A DNA stretch of 64,000 bases from the NCBI GenBank assembly GCA_050084985.1, contig JBITNC010000001.1, forward strand, positions 111,972,001 to 112,036,000, given 5' to 3'. This DNA is from Nageia nagi (Eukaryota > Plantae > Pinophyta). Positions 1 to 10,621 of the stretch are shown here, piece after piece. A program made the translations under genes and the position numbers. The notes under the pieces were generated by a model that saw nothing but the letters and a program-made list of their open reading frames with translations, did no database searches and was not told the origin of the DNA. How positions within the stretch are numbered: position 1 is the stretch's first letter; the number at the start of each line of letters is the position of its first letter.

Positions 1-460
1 ATGCAAGCTATCTTGAGAATCACCTACCAGATATGATATAAAGTATTTTGCTTCATCTATGCCTATGTCTACATGGAAAAATCATTTCATGTCATAACAA
101 TTTCATGGTCTACAATGATTGTATGGTAAGCACAAACTAGGTTCTCTAATAAAGACCCATAAATGTGTATGCAAAATGAGGAACAATACATAAGGCCTAA
201 TAAATGTTTGATAAGATGTATGATGCAAATAGTTTTATAATCTATAATGATTGTAGATATACATAAAATGGATTTTCTAGAAAAGGCCCATAGACATGTA
301 TGTTAAATGTGGAAGGAAATACAAGGCCCAAGATTTATTTGATAAGATATAAAATGTAAATAGTTTCATGGTTTGCAATGATTAAAGGATATACATAAAA
401 TGGAATTTTTAGAAAATACCAATACATATTTATGCAAAATGTGGAAGAATACACAAGATT
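1..460 (+). repeat. PPR-derived tandem repeat (~131-bp unit, ~3 copies), preceded by a remnant of the E-motif-type unit
   Basis: The (A/G)T(G/T)TATG(C/T)(A/T)AAATG motif recurs at ~165, 296 and 428. A unit translates with a frameshift to IDMYVKCGRKYKAQDLFDKI*NVN/VSWFAMIKGYT*NG, the PLS-class PPR S-to-P motif junction. GCAAGCTATCTTGAG at 3-17 matches the repeat at 9780-10270. Confidence 0.75.
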
Positions 461-464
461 TATG

Positions 465-980
465 TGTAGACCCAAAATAATGCAATTAATTGTTAACGAC
501 TGGTTAATTAATGCACTATTGGGCTACTTGTTTATTTTTGATGCATATATCTAAAATATGGTAATAACAAATAACAAAAAAAGACTTTTGTTTAACTAGA
601 TCGCATATTCATTCCATTAAGAAAAACATACATGAAATATAAGCATATATTCACCCAATTGTTCTTCATTCTCTACTTGTCGATCATTGGCCTTATTGTG
701 GCATCTACAATATCCTTTAGCCTTGATGATGATCTTCTATTTGATTTTTAATTGATAGAGTCACCTCCTTTGAAGATATTCAATCCCATTTTTGGTTGCC
801 TTTGATGTCTTTATATAGCAACACTTCTATTATATGATTTGATCCCTAAGTCATGATATGGTTTTCCATTATATGAATTACATAACTTTGGGTATTTTTA
901 ATCCCTTATTCATATAATACATTATTAAGGATATAAAATGAATTATTTAACAAATAATAATTCATTTTTAGGCATCTACA
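465..980 (-). repeat. 3' LTR of element A
   Basis: TGTAGA...TCTACA inverted termini. Aligns with 8870-9465 but lacks ~180 bp (9061-9240). Confidence 0.9.
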
Positions 981-1519
981 TTTGTCCCTGTTTGGAGGTG
1001 TGATTGAAGCAATGAAATTACATGTCCAAAGAAGTGTAGAAAAAACAAATTTAAGAACTTTGATCAATTTACTGTACTATCCCTTGTTGTTGTTGTTGAT
1101 GATGATGAAGATCTCTTGTTGCCCCCTTTTGACTTGGATGCCCTAGAAAAGGTCCTTGAATTGTGAAACCAAGGCCAAATCTAATGAATTATCTCTCTCT
1201 AAGAATGATGTTATGTGACAGATGGAGATAACTTATGATATGATGTAGCTGGATAGTCCCATATCAAATTTTGGAGATGGAAGATGTTTTTCCCCTTATA
1301 CTACATCAACCATGAATTTAGTTGTTTCATCATTTTTGATACTTAGGAACCATTCACACTTACATTCATTCTTTTAAATAGAGAGGATCTACTTTTATTG
1401 AAATTAAATGGTGATGAAATGGACATTGCTAATGGCTTGGGGAATAGTAAACATCTCATTGATAGCATGGAAATCTATGTATTTACTTCTACTCTTCGAG
1501 ATGTAGAAACATGTAATGA

Positions 1520-2290
1520 AGTGTAAGTCATAAAAATATAGTGGATGCATAGTGAGTTATGTTATCCATTGATGATGAATCAATGTCAGCCATCTACTTT
1601 TGGCTACATCATCAATTTATCTTATAAGCAAGTGAACTCTCCATAGCCACATCATTAGCCAATGATGATGATACATTTTATGTCTATGATTAGAAGATAG
1701 TATGCTTTAGATTGATTCAAAGAAAAAACTATGTGGATACATAGCAAGTTGTATCATACATTGGAGATGATCAAATATCAACATCTTGCTCACAGTTGCA
1801 TCATTAATTTATATTTTAAGTGAGTGATCTCTCACTAGACGTGTCATTGGCCATCAATGATCATACATTTTATGTTTATGATTTGAATACATTATGGTTT
1901 GGATTGGTTCAAATAAAAACCATGTAAATACATAGCAACGTGTATTTTCCATTGGAGATGATCTAATATCAACATTTTGCTCATGACTATATCATTGATT
2001 TACTTTCAAATGAGTGAACTCTCACTACTCATGTTGTTGACCATCGATGAATATACATTTTATATTTATGATTTGAAGATATTAATATTTGGGTTGGTTC
2101 AAATAAAAAACCATATGGATACACAAAAAATTGTATCTTCCATTGGAGATGATCTAATATCAACATCTTGCTCACTACTACATTGCCAGTTTACTTTTAT
2201 GTGAGTGAACTCTCACTATGTGTGTTGTTGGCCATTAGTGATCATATATTTTATGTCTATGATCTGAAAACATTATACTTTGGAGTAAGG
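1520..2290. repeat. ~191-bp tandem repeat (~4 copies) in the 3' non-coding region of element A
   Basis: TTGGAGATGAT...ATATCAACAT recurs at 1761, 1952 and 2143, with a diverged copy at ~1569. Confidence 0.9.
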
Positions 2291-3869
2291 ATTAAATAAA
2301 TGTAATATTGATATGTTTTTTGAGTGACTCACACTAGTGATGCCCTTAGTTTCAATCATTTAGTGGTCTTGGAATGTAACTTGCATAATTTTTTAAACAT
2401 GATGCATGTCATTATCAGCATGAATTTTGCCAAATTTACTAATCCTATCTTCAGAAAAAATGATCATTATTCTAAAAATATGTCATTTCTACAGAGGTTA
2501 GAAAATAAGATCAAAATATAATGAAATATTAACATGCCCCAATTTGATAGATTTGTACCATTTTTAGGTCATTGGAGATGGAAAGTAGCCCACTCTTTGT
2601 GAGGGATTTTGGACATCTTGTATAAATCATTAATTTGTATTCTTTCAATATATAGCTACAACAAAATAAGTTTGAAGAATATGAAAATAATAATAATTAA
2701 TTTTTTTTATTTTTTTGAAACATGTCCTAGGTAGTAATATTGGAGCATGTTTAGAATCCTTCATTCCAATGTTCATAATATCCCTTTGATAACTGCATAG
2801 AATTATTAGATAGACATAATGCAAGGAATTATTTGAAAGTTTATATGAATTTCCTTTTTTCACATCATTTATGATGGATAAAAAAGGAACCCACTATCAA
2901 ATTTAATAGCTCCTTAAATTCATGATAAAATATAAATTTTACCCACAATTGTGCACATTAATAAACATTATTTTGAAAGATAAAAATCTAACTTACCATA
3001 GCAATAAGGCCAAATAGTCATAACATAATTACCTACCATAAAAAGATGTTCTAGTCTCATTCATTATTCCAAAAATTTACATAAAAGTAGAATTGAAGGA
3101 GCACCTTTTTAATTTTGCCTAATTTTATTGTTTTCACACCACTAGCAACATATATTTAATACAAATATTATTTAAAAATGTAAATGCTTTATTTTTAATC
3201 CAATATGAGTGGTAGACATTCAAATAAATTCTATGTATTATTTGGATCCATTTCCTTTTTAGTTTTATGTATATCTCATGAAAATGGATGTCATTGGTAA
3301 CGTGAAAAATATTGTTTTATGTGTCAAAAAAGAAATGCTAGGTTCTTAAAATAATTTTAAGCTTTTTGCATATACAAAATAGTGATTTTATAGTTTGTTA
3401 AATGAATAGGACCAATGCCCCAGTTTCCAGGTCAAAAGTCAACCTATATAAGTAATTTTTAGAATATAAAATATCATTTTAACTTTTTACTTTCTTAAAT
3501 CAATGCTCTAGTCATCTAGCCTCCTTTATGCAATAAAGTACTTCCAGATTACCATTTTATTGCTTGATTCTTGTGTGGATTAGAGTACTAGATATTTGAT
3601 GGAACTTGGGGACATTATTTCTTGGTATTTTAACTCATTCTACCTATGGCATATGGTGATTAGAGACAAACTTTTCATATGATTATTGGAAGATGCAATC
3701 ATATTATGAAGTTACTATAGTCTCTTCCTTATGACCACATGGTGAGTTACTCTTAATTATGCAATTTTAGTTTTTACTATTTTCGATTTTGAAAATATCT
3801 TTTTATAATGTTAGCTCACTTTTACACCTTTTGCCTTGCATAAGTGCAAGGTTCTCATGAGAGGGGCTC

Positions 3870-5700
3870 TATCATTATTATTGTGCTTGAGAAGGCACAA
3901 ACATGGCCCTAGATGGATCATAATTATAATACCTTAGATAGATGTGGGATGGCAGATTTGGCTGTTACTAAACACATCTTGTAGGATTTACCTCTTCTAA
4001 TGGTGCTAGTAGAGTGTTGGGATCCTAATTACTTTATATTTCACCTTCCCCTAGATAAAATGTTAGTGTCTTTATTTGATGTATACCATATCAAGGGTAT
4101 CCCCATTAAAGGGAATTTGGTTCATCAATGGGAGCTTGTAGAAAATAATATCCATAAGCAAAAGGCTTTGTGGCTCATTGGTGAGGTAGGTCATGACTGG
4201 AAGAATAGGGCTACCCATATTATCAAGGTTTATCATTTTCCATAAATAGGTCATCATCTTTGGTTGTACATTGCAACCATCATAGCCATATATTTATGTC
4301 TGAATAAGAGTAGTTCAACTTTTTGGCTTTGCCTAGTATGGGTTGTTAGGAAGATATGCAAGCATGGAACTCAATTTGCTTGGGATCAATTAGTTTTAAC
4401 CTAGTTCTATAGAGATTTGTACAACTTCATGAGTGTTGATAACATCAACATAACTATTGCACATGCAGGCATATTGCAAGTTTTGGCCTATGAGTACATA
4501 GCTATTATGTGGTACATAGATTTACAAAGGGATCAAAAGGATTTAGGTGATATAGCACTTGTGTGCTGGGCCTCACATGGTGGTGGATATAAGTATCCAC
4601 ATTCTTTAGAGGAATAGAGGAGGGAGTTAGACTATTTGTAGCTAGAGAACATTATTTGGTGAGTTTTTAGGAATTTGTATGGTGTTTAGATGTGCATTAG
4701 CTTGTATGAGCCTGAAAGCATTACTTTCTCTAAACATAGAAAATGATTATGGAGCCCTATCATCATGGTCATATTTTGAGATAATTTAGCCTTCAACAAG
4801 ATATCCTAGTCATGTCCATAGCATATAGGTGGTACCTAGTGTAAAGGAATTTTCTTGGAAGATCAAAAATGATACTTGCATGGAGGGATGCTGTGAAGGA
4901 GTCTCAAGTTATGGATGTAGTTGCACATGTTTCTATATCTCGTGGGGTTGCCCTTGGCTATCCTACATGGTGGGTAGGATTATGTCTAGGAAAACTATTG
5001 GCATGAGTGAGGATGATAGTAGTAATGAGGTGGTTGCTAGTGAGGGATCAAAAAGGGATGATCCATATTAGGTCAATAATTTGATCCATGATGTACCTAA
5101 TCAAGGGGCAAGGGTGTAGGTGGTTTGTATATCCTTGTCGTAGCTTCCCCAACATAGGTAAAATGGAACTTTATAATTTTATTAATTAATTTTCATTTCT
5201 TATTTTAAATTATAAAGTGAATAATCTAATTTTGTTTATGTCATAGGAGCTACAAATACAAGGATTACCTCTTTGGAGGTACAAATTATGAGATTATGGC
5301 CTATGGAATCAAAGGTGGTGAGGTTGTAGCCTTTTGATGCTGAGATTACTAGGTCACAACCTATGGAGGCATAAATTAGTATATTGCAAGATAGTTTGAT
5401 GGCCAAGGATGCATAGATTGCTAGTTTGAAGCAATCTATAAAGAGATTACATGAGCACTTTGCAATGCCTCCACTAGATTAGCAATGGTCTTTTATCCAA
5501 GGTTAGATTGATAATATTAAGGATAAGGATTAAGATATCATTACTTTGAAGGTGAAATATGGTCAAAGAAAGACCCTTTTATAAAGCCATAGTTTATCAT
5601 TGAGTGGTATGACCTCATCCATAGGGGCTAATGGTAGTAGCTATAGGGTTAAATATAGGATAGATACAATTAGTAGTTGTGGGAGTGCCCATCGATGATT
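3870..5700 (+). pseudogene. Decayed Plant Mobile Domain (PMD) plus coiled-coil gene, antisense within element A
   Basis: LVECWDPNYFIFHLPLDKMLVSLFDVYHIKGIPIKG matches the PMD consensus LVERW..ETHTFHLP.GE.T.TL.DV..ILGLP..G. Also AWDQLVLT*FYRDLY and ILQVLAYEYI. Putative GT-AG intron at 5158-5246 is followed by a coiled-coil-like exon. Confidence 0.8.
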
Positions 5701-6599
5701 GTCGAGATGAGATATATATATGTTGATATTTTGGTTAACCAAACTTTATGTGACTACTTCTTATTTACTATTCATTGTGAATGTTATTTTTGTAAATTTT
5801 TTCTAAGTTTATAACTCTAGCTTGTTTGATATTATGGAATCATGAGTTTGGAACTAATGCATGAAACCAATAATGAACTTTCATATAAAAATTATGACAA
5901 GAAAAATGATCCTAATATGCACATTTTACTAATGATAGTGGAACAAATAATCCTAATGAAATATGATCAGTGCTAATACCAAACAACCTAAGCTAATTGA
6001 ATTAGGTTCCAAAGCATGAAAGGGATCCACATGAAGAAGTGTGACTTTTTTATAATAATCAACATAAATCTCATCAAATACTGGTCCCTTAAAATAAAAA
6101 ATGTTCTTAGAAGTTGGAAATATCCTTGAAATGTTTTTCCTAGGAATTGTACACTATTAGTAGCAGGAAATAGATCTTGCATGTTGTTATTAGTGTATTT
6201 AGAATTGTTGTAGGTTGTGGAGTGAAATAAAAATAAAACACCATACAAAAATGGAACAAAAAATGTACTATACATATGCAAATAACTATTTAAAATACAT
6301 GAAAACAAAAAAGATACCATACATAACTATTATACACTATTTAAGAAGATGAGGAAATTTAAGCAATTTTTTTTACATACCTAGGGAGCTTTTATACCCA
6401 AATACATGTTGTAGAGGCAAACACAAAAAGAGACACCTTTAGTAGATTAATTTCCATGTTTTAGCATAGTATAAATAGTGTTTGATGCCATCAACAGTGT
6501 TCATTCTGACTCCATTTTCAATCTTATTATGAGGAGCATACATGTATCCATGATTATTAGTAAAATAATGACATAATTTATTGGAAACACTCATTATGA

Positions 6600-8805
6600 T
6601 GATATAATCTCTTGGTTGTGAAGAAGGTAGAGGATTGGTGAAGACCCCTAGTTATTCATTGTTAGGATGTATAGGCCTTGCTTGCTTAGGTGGCTTAACA
6701 TCCATCTTGATATCTCCTTTGTTAATGAAATCTTGTATAATATGCTTGAGATACCTATAATTGCATGTTAAATGTACAAGTACCCTATATTATAAAATTC
6801 TTCATAGAAAAAATGCTTAGGCACAACATTAGAGACCTTGGCCCAATAGTAGGTGACAACTCAATAAGTTATTCATCCAACAATACATTAAGAATATTAT
6901 CAATAGTATCAGTCAAAGGAGTAAACTGTTGCCTAGGTTTAGAGTTAATTTTGTGTTTATGAGTAACATTGTTTGCCTCAACCCTATTAGTTTTTTAAAG
7001 GATTGATTCCTAACGATGAGTGTTATCATTATTCTTCATAGCATACAATTTTTTGATACATGACTCTTTATTGATAACTATATCTATCATATCTCCTAGT
7101 GACATATCATGAGTAAGAAGATGAGTAATTTATATATAGGTAAGAGAGCATTTGCAAAAGCATATTTCAAATCTTGTTCAAACACTATTAATCTATTAGC
7201 CATTTGTTTCCATACTTTTACAAATACCTTGTAGATTGATTAGCTAATTATTTAATTGTGTACAAATCCTTAAAATATACTTTCTTATCAATATTGTACC
7301 TAAAATTTTATAGTAATAAAAAAATAAAATATTCATACCTATGAATGTTATTTTTAGGAAGCTAAAAAATACCATTCGAGCACATTATCATTCAAACTAC
7401 GGGAGAACAATTTAAGTTACAAGTCTACATCATGCATATATTTAATAGCTTCATCTTGGAACTTTCTAAGATGCATTTTAGGACCTTGCATACCATCAAA
7501 TTTAGTAAACTTGATACATTTTTTCTCTAGAATAATCTTAGCAAATATTCTATGAGTTAGAGGCTTATTGAGACAAAATAAGAAATCATCTTCATCAACC
7601 AAGGTATTTTGAGATGCTGAATCACTAAAATTAGCTTAGTTAATCCTTACGGATGATGGTGAGGTTTGAGATGGATAATGAGGTGCACTATGAGGTGGGC
7701 TAGTTTGATGTGAATCTTATATCTTCTTACTTTTAACCTCCTTCAAAGTAGCAAATGGACCTATGCGATTGACCCTCTCATGCTCTAATTTATCTAGTAT
7801 TTTAGCTAGCACTTCTAACTCTTTTTATGGAGGTTCTTTATACCAACTAGTAGTATCTTGTATGTTAAAAAGGATACTAGTTTTGATGTGATGTTCTCCT
7901 AATATGCAATTGGGTTTTAACTTGTAAGCTTCATTAACCATTATATATATTTGTTGATTGATAAAAGTTTTAGGAGCTTCTTCTTGTACATTATTCTTAT
8001 CTTTAGAATTCATACCTTTTTGAAATTGGTCAGCCTTGAGGATGAGGTGGCTATAATCATGATTATCTTCATCTTGGTAATCATTCAAGACATCATCCTC
8101 ATCATGATTTTTATTAAGGAGTTGTTCACCCTCTCTATTTATCTCAAGATCTAGGCATGTAGCATCTTTTTCCATGTTGTTAGCTTTGTGGTCATAGTAT
8201 GGCATGTTATTAGCATCATCCTCTTTATGGTTAGACACCTTACATTTCAATGTTTCTATAATTTCATAACAAAATAAGCTATCCTTTGATGGTACAATAA
8301 TAGAATGCTATTTAATTAATTCATATTTAGTCAAAATATTAATCACAAGAGGAGCATTCTTTGAAAGATAATATTCCAATTTTTACCTATTAGAGAACAC
8401 TTCCTGAATAGGCTTAGCATAACAAGGGATTCTATCCAACTCTAGAATTTTATCCTTACTATCCAAAGAGTCTGAAGAAGCAGGCATGTTTTCAAATTTG
8501 GAAGTATCAATGGTAGCATATTTATAAGGAGTTTCTCAAATAATATCCATTTTATTTCTAGAATGTAAAGATTCAATATCACTATAAGCATTAGGAAGGT
8601 GTTCTTGGATAGATAAGTCAGGATTATGCCAAATACTTCTCCTAAGGTCACTAAAGTGGACTTTTAACTTAGTTATTTTAAGGTTTTCTATATCAAGGTT
8701 CATTTTAGGGATATAGGTAGAACAAACCCTAGCTTTATCATTCTCTTTAGCTACTACTCAAAAATCTTCTTCTAAAGGAATGAATAGTAAGGAAAATAGA
8801 TTCAT
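6600..8805 (-). pseudogene. gag: Decayed gag of element A with long acidic N-terminal region
   Basis: KFTKFDGMQGPKMHLRKFQDEA (retrotransposon gag). A decayed zinc-knuckle region near 6740-6800 ends in LKHIIQD. Confidence 0.75.
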
Positions 8806-8852
8806 GACTCCTTAGAAAAATAGCCCTAGAGGAAAATCTAGGTGTGTAAGAA

Positions 8853-8869
8853 TGTCAAGTTAACCAAAA
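8853..8869 (-). promoter_or_regulatory. Primer-binding site, tRNA-Trp-like (decayed)
   Basis: Minus strand reads TTTTGGTTAACTTGACA next to the LTR, and element B reads TTTTAGTGAACCCGACA. The consensus TGGTGAACCCGAC complements the plant tRNA-Trp 3' end (...GUCGGGUUCACCA). Confidence 0.65.
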
Positions 8870-9465
8870 TTTAGACCCAAAATAATGCAATTAATTATTA
8901 ATGGGGGGTTAATTAATGCACTATTGGTCTACTTATTTCTTATTGATGAATATCTGAAATATGGAAATAATGAAAAATAAAAAAAACTTTTGTTTAATTA
9001 GATAACATGTTCCTTCCATTAAGACAAACATACATGAGAGATAAGCATATATTCACCTAAGTTCATGTCATTGGCATCCTATATTAGGTATGCTGCTAGT
9101 AGCCTTAAATAAACAATATAGTCGATGTAATAAAGAATGTAGCAATGAATGAATGAAAGAGTAATCATATAATGTATAAGTAATAGGAAATGATGTTCTC
9201 TTGTTACAAATATGATATTCACAAAGGTTTCTCTTTAGTCTTGTTCTTTGTTCTCTCATTATCTATCTTTGGCCTTATCATGGCTTCTGCAATATCTGGT
9301 AGCCTTGATGATGATCTTCTATTTAATTTTTATTTGGTAGAGTCTCCTCCTTTGAAGATATTTGATCCCCTTTTTGGTTGTCTTTGATGTCTTTATATAG
9401 CAACACTTCTATCATAAGATTTGACCCCTAAGTCATGATATGGTAATCCATTACATGAATTACAT
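8870..9465 (-). repeat. 5' LTR of element A, truncated by ~95 bp at its outer end
   Basis: Starts TTTAGACCCAAAATAATGCAATT (compare TGTAGACCCAAAATAATGCAATT at 465). Homology to the left LTR stops after ...ATGAATTACAT. Confidence 0.85.
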
Positions 9466-9769
9466 GATGAGGAATAATAGTGATATATATACTAAATGCT
9501 TGTAAATGTAGCTAGCCCTAACTTATCTAACTCATGATATTTTGAACAAGTTATCCTAGGTAAAGATAGCCAACCTTTACATATTATTATGTAGGTAAAA
9601 CAATATGGAATTTAAATTTCTAGGTTAAACATTTGTATCATAAGATGATTTTTACTGACTTACCACTATTAGATTTATTTTTGATATTTTCTTAAAGTAT
9701 AGTATTCCATCATGTAGCCTATTTTACACATGATAATTTCATCCACTTAAAAGTATCAACAAATCTTTT

Positions 9770-10270
9770 ATCTAGGATTAATCATTATGCATGCATTGTT
9801 AACCTTCTTGGTTATACATGCTATCTTAAGGGAGCTCTGAACTTGACAACCAAAATACCCATAAACCTTTAAATTGGGTGTATACATATGTTTACTTAGT
9901 TCTTATAAATCAATTTTTTTGTTTTTGCAAGCTATCTTGATCGAGCTTTGAACTTCACTACAAAAATACCCTTAAACCTTGAATTCCATGTGTGTATATG
10001 TCTACTAGGCATATGTAAATTGAATATTATGATTCAATAATACAATCTTGAGGAAGCTTTGAAGTTCACTTCCAAATTACCCATAAACCCTTAATTGGGT
10101 ATGTATATGTGTCTACTTGGTCATCGTAAATTGAATATTATGGTTTGTGTAGGCCATGGAAGCTTTCAACTTTCATTGCTAAAATACCCATAAACCTTGA
10201 ATTTGGTAAGTAAATATGTCTACTTGGTGCTTGTAAATCAAATGTTGTAAATTTATTTAAAACACACAAA
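9770..10270 (+). repeat. PPR S2/E-motif-derived tandem repeat (~110-bp unit, ~4 copies)
   Basis: AATACCCATAAACC-like cores at ~9855, 9965, 10076 and 10183. Translations SRINHYACIVNLLGYTCYLKGALNLTTKIPIN and ASYLDRALNFTTKIPLNLEFHVCICLLGICKL resemble HY.CMVDLLGRAG.LEEA..FI.KMP..P...VW..LLGAC. Confidence 0.75.
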
Positions 10271-10289
10271 TAAAGTTTTTTAGTTTTCA

Positions 10290-10560
10290 ATGATTGTGCA
10301 ATACAACTATGAGTATTTTCTAGAAAAAGGGCTATAAACATATAAATATATGTGGAGGTCTAAAGCAAGACTAAGATTTGTTTAACAAGATGCATGATGG
10401 AAATATAGATTAACAATATGCAATGATTATGCAATACACAAAATGGGTATTTTGAAAAAGCCCATAAACATGAAACATATGGAAGAATACATAAGACCTA
10501 AGATAAATTTGAGAAGATAACTTTCATGGTTTGTAATGATTGTACAAATCATGGGTTATC
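10290..10560 (+). repeat. Further copies (~2) of the ~130-bp PPR S/P-derived repeat
   Basis: TTTCTAGAAAAAGG...ATGTGGAGG...TTTAACAAGATGCATGATG and GGAAGAATACATAAG...TTTCATGGTTTGTAATGATTG align with 100-460. Confidence 0.7.
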
Positions 10561-10588
10561 TAAAATATGTAAAAAAATACTATTAAGA

Positions 10589-10615
<27 letters not shown>
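10589..10615. repeat. (AT)n microsatellite
   Basis: Direct observation. Confidence 0.95.

Positions 10616-10621
<6 letters not shown>

Larger units (their letters stand above)
465..9465 (-). mobile_element. Non-autonomous Gypsy (Tat/Ogre-like) LTR retrotransposon A: gag plus antisense PMD gene, no recognisable pol
   Basis: Paired LTRs at 465-980 and 8870-9465, PBS-like site at ~8853-8869, purine-rich PPT-like tract at 981-993 (minus AAACAGGGACAAA), decayed gag at ~6600-8805. No PR/RT/RH/INT motifs seen. Confidence 0.85.

Noticed and set aside
1520-2290. Regularly spaced repeats resembling a CRISPR array
   Set aside because: Whole units are homologous with no unique spacers, the context is a eukaryotic retroelement, and there are no cas genes.
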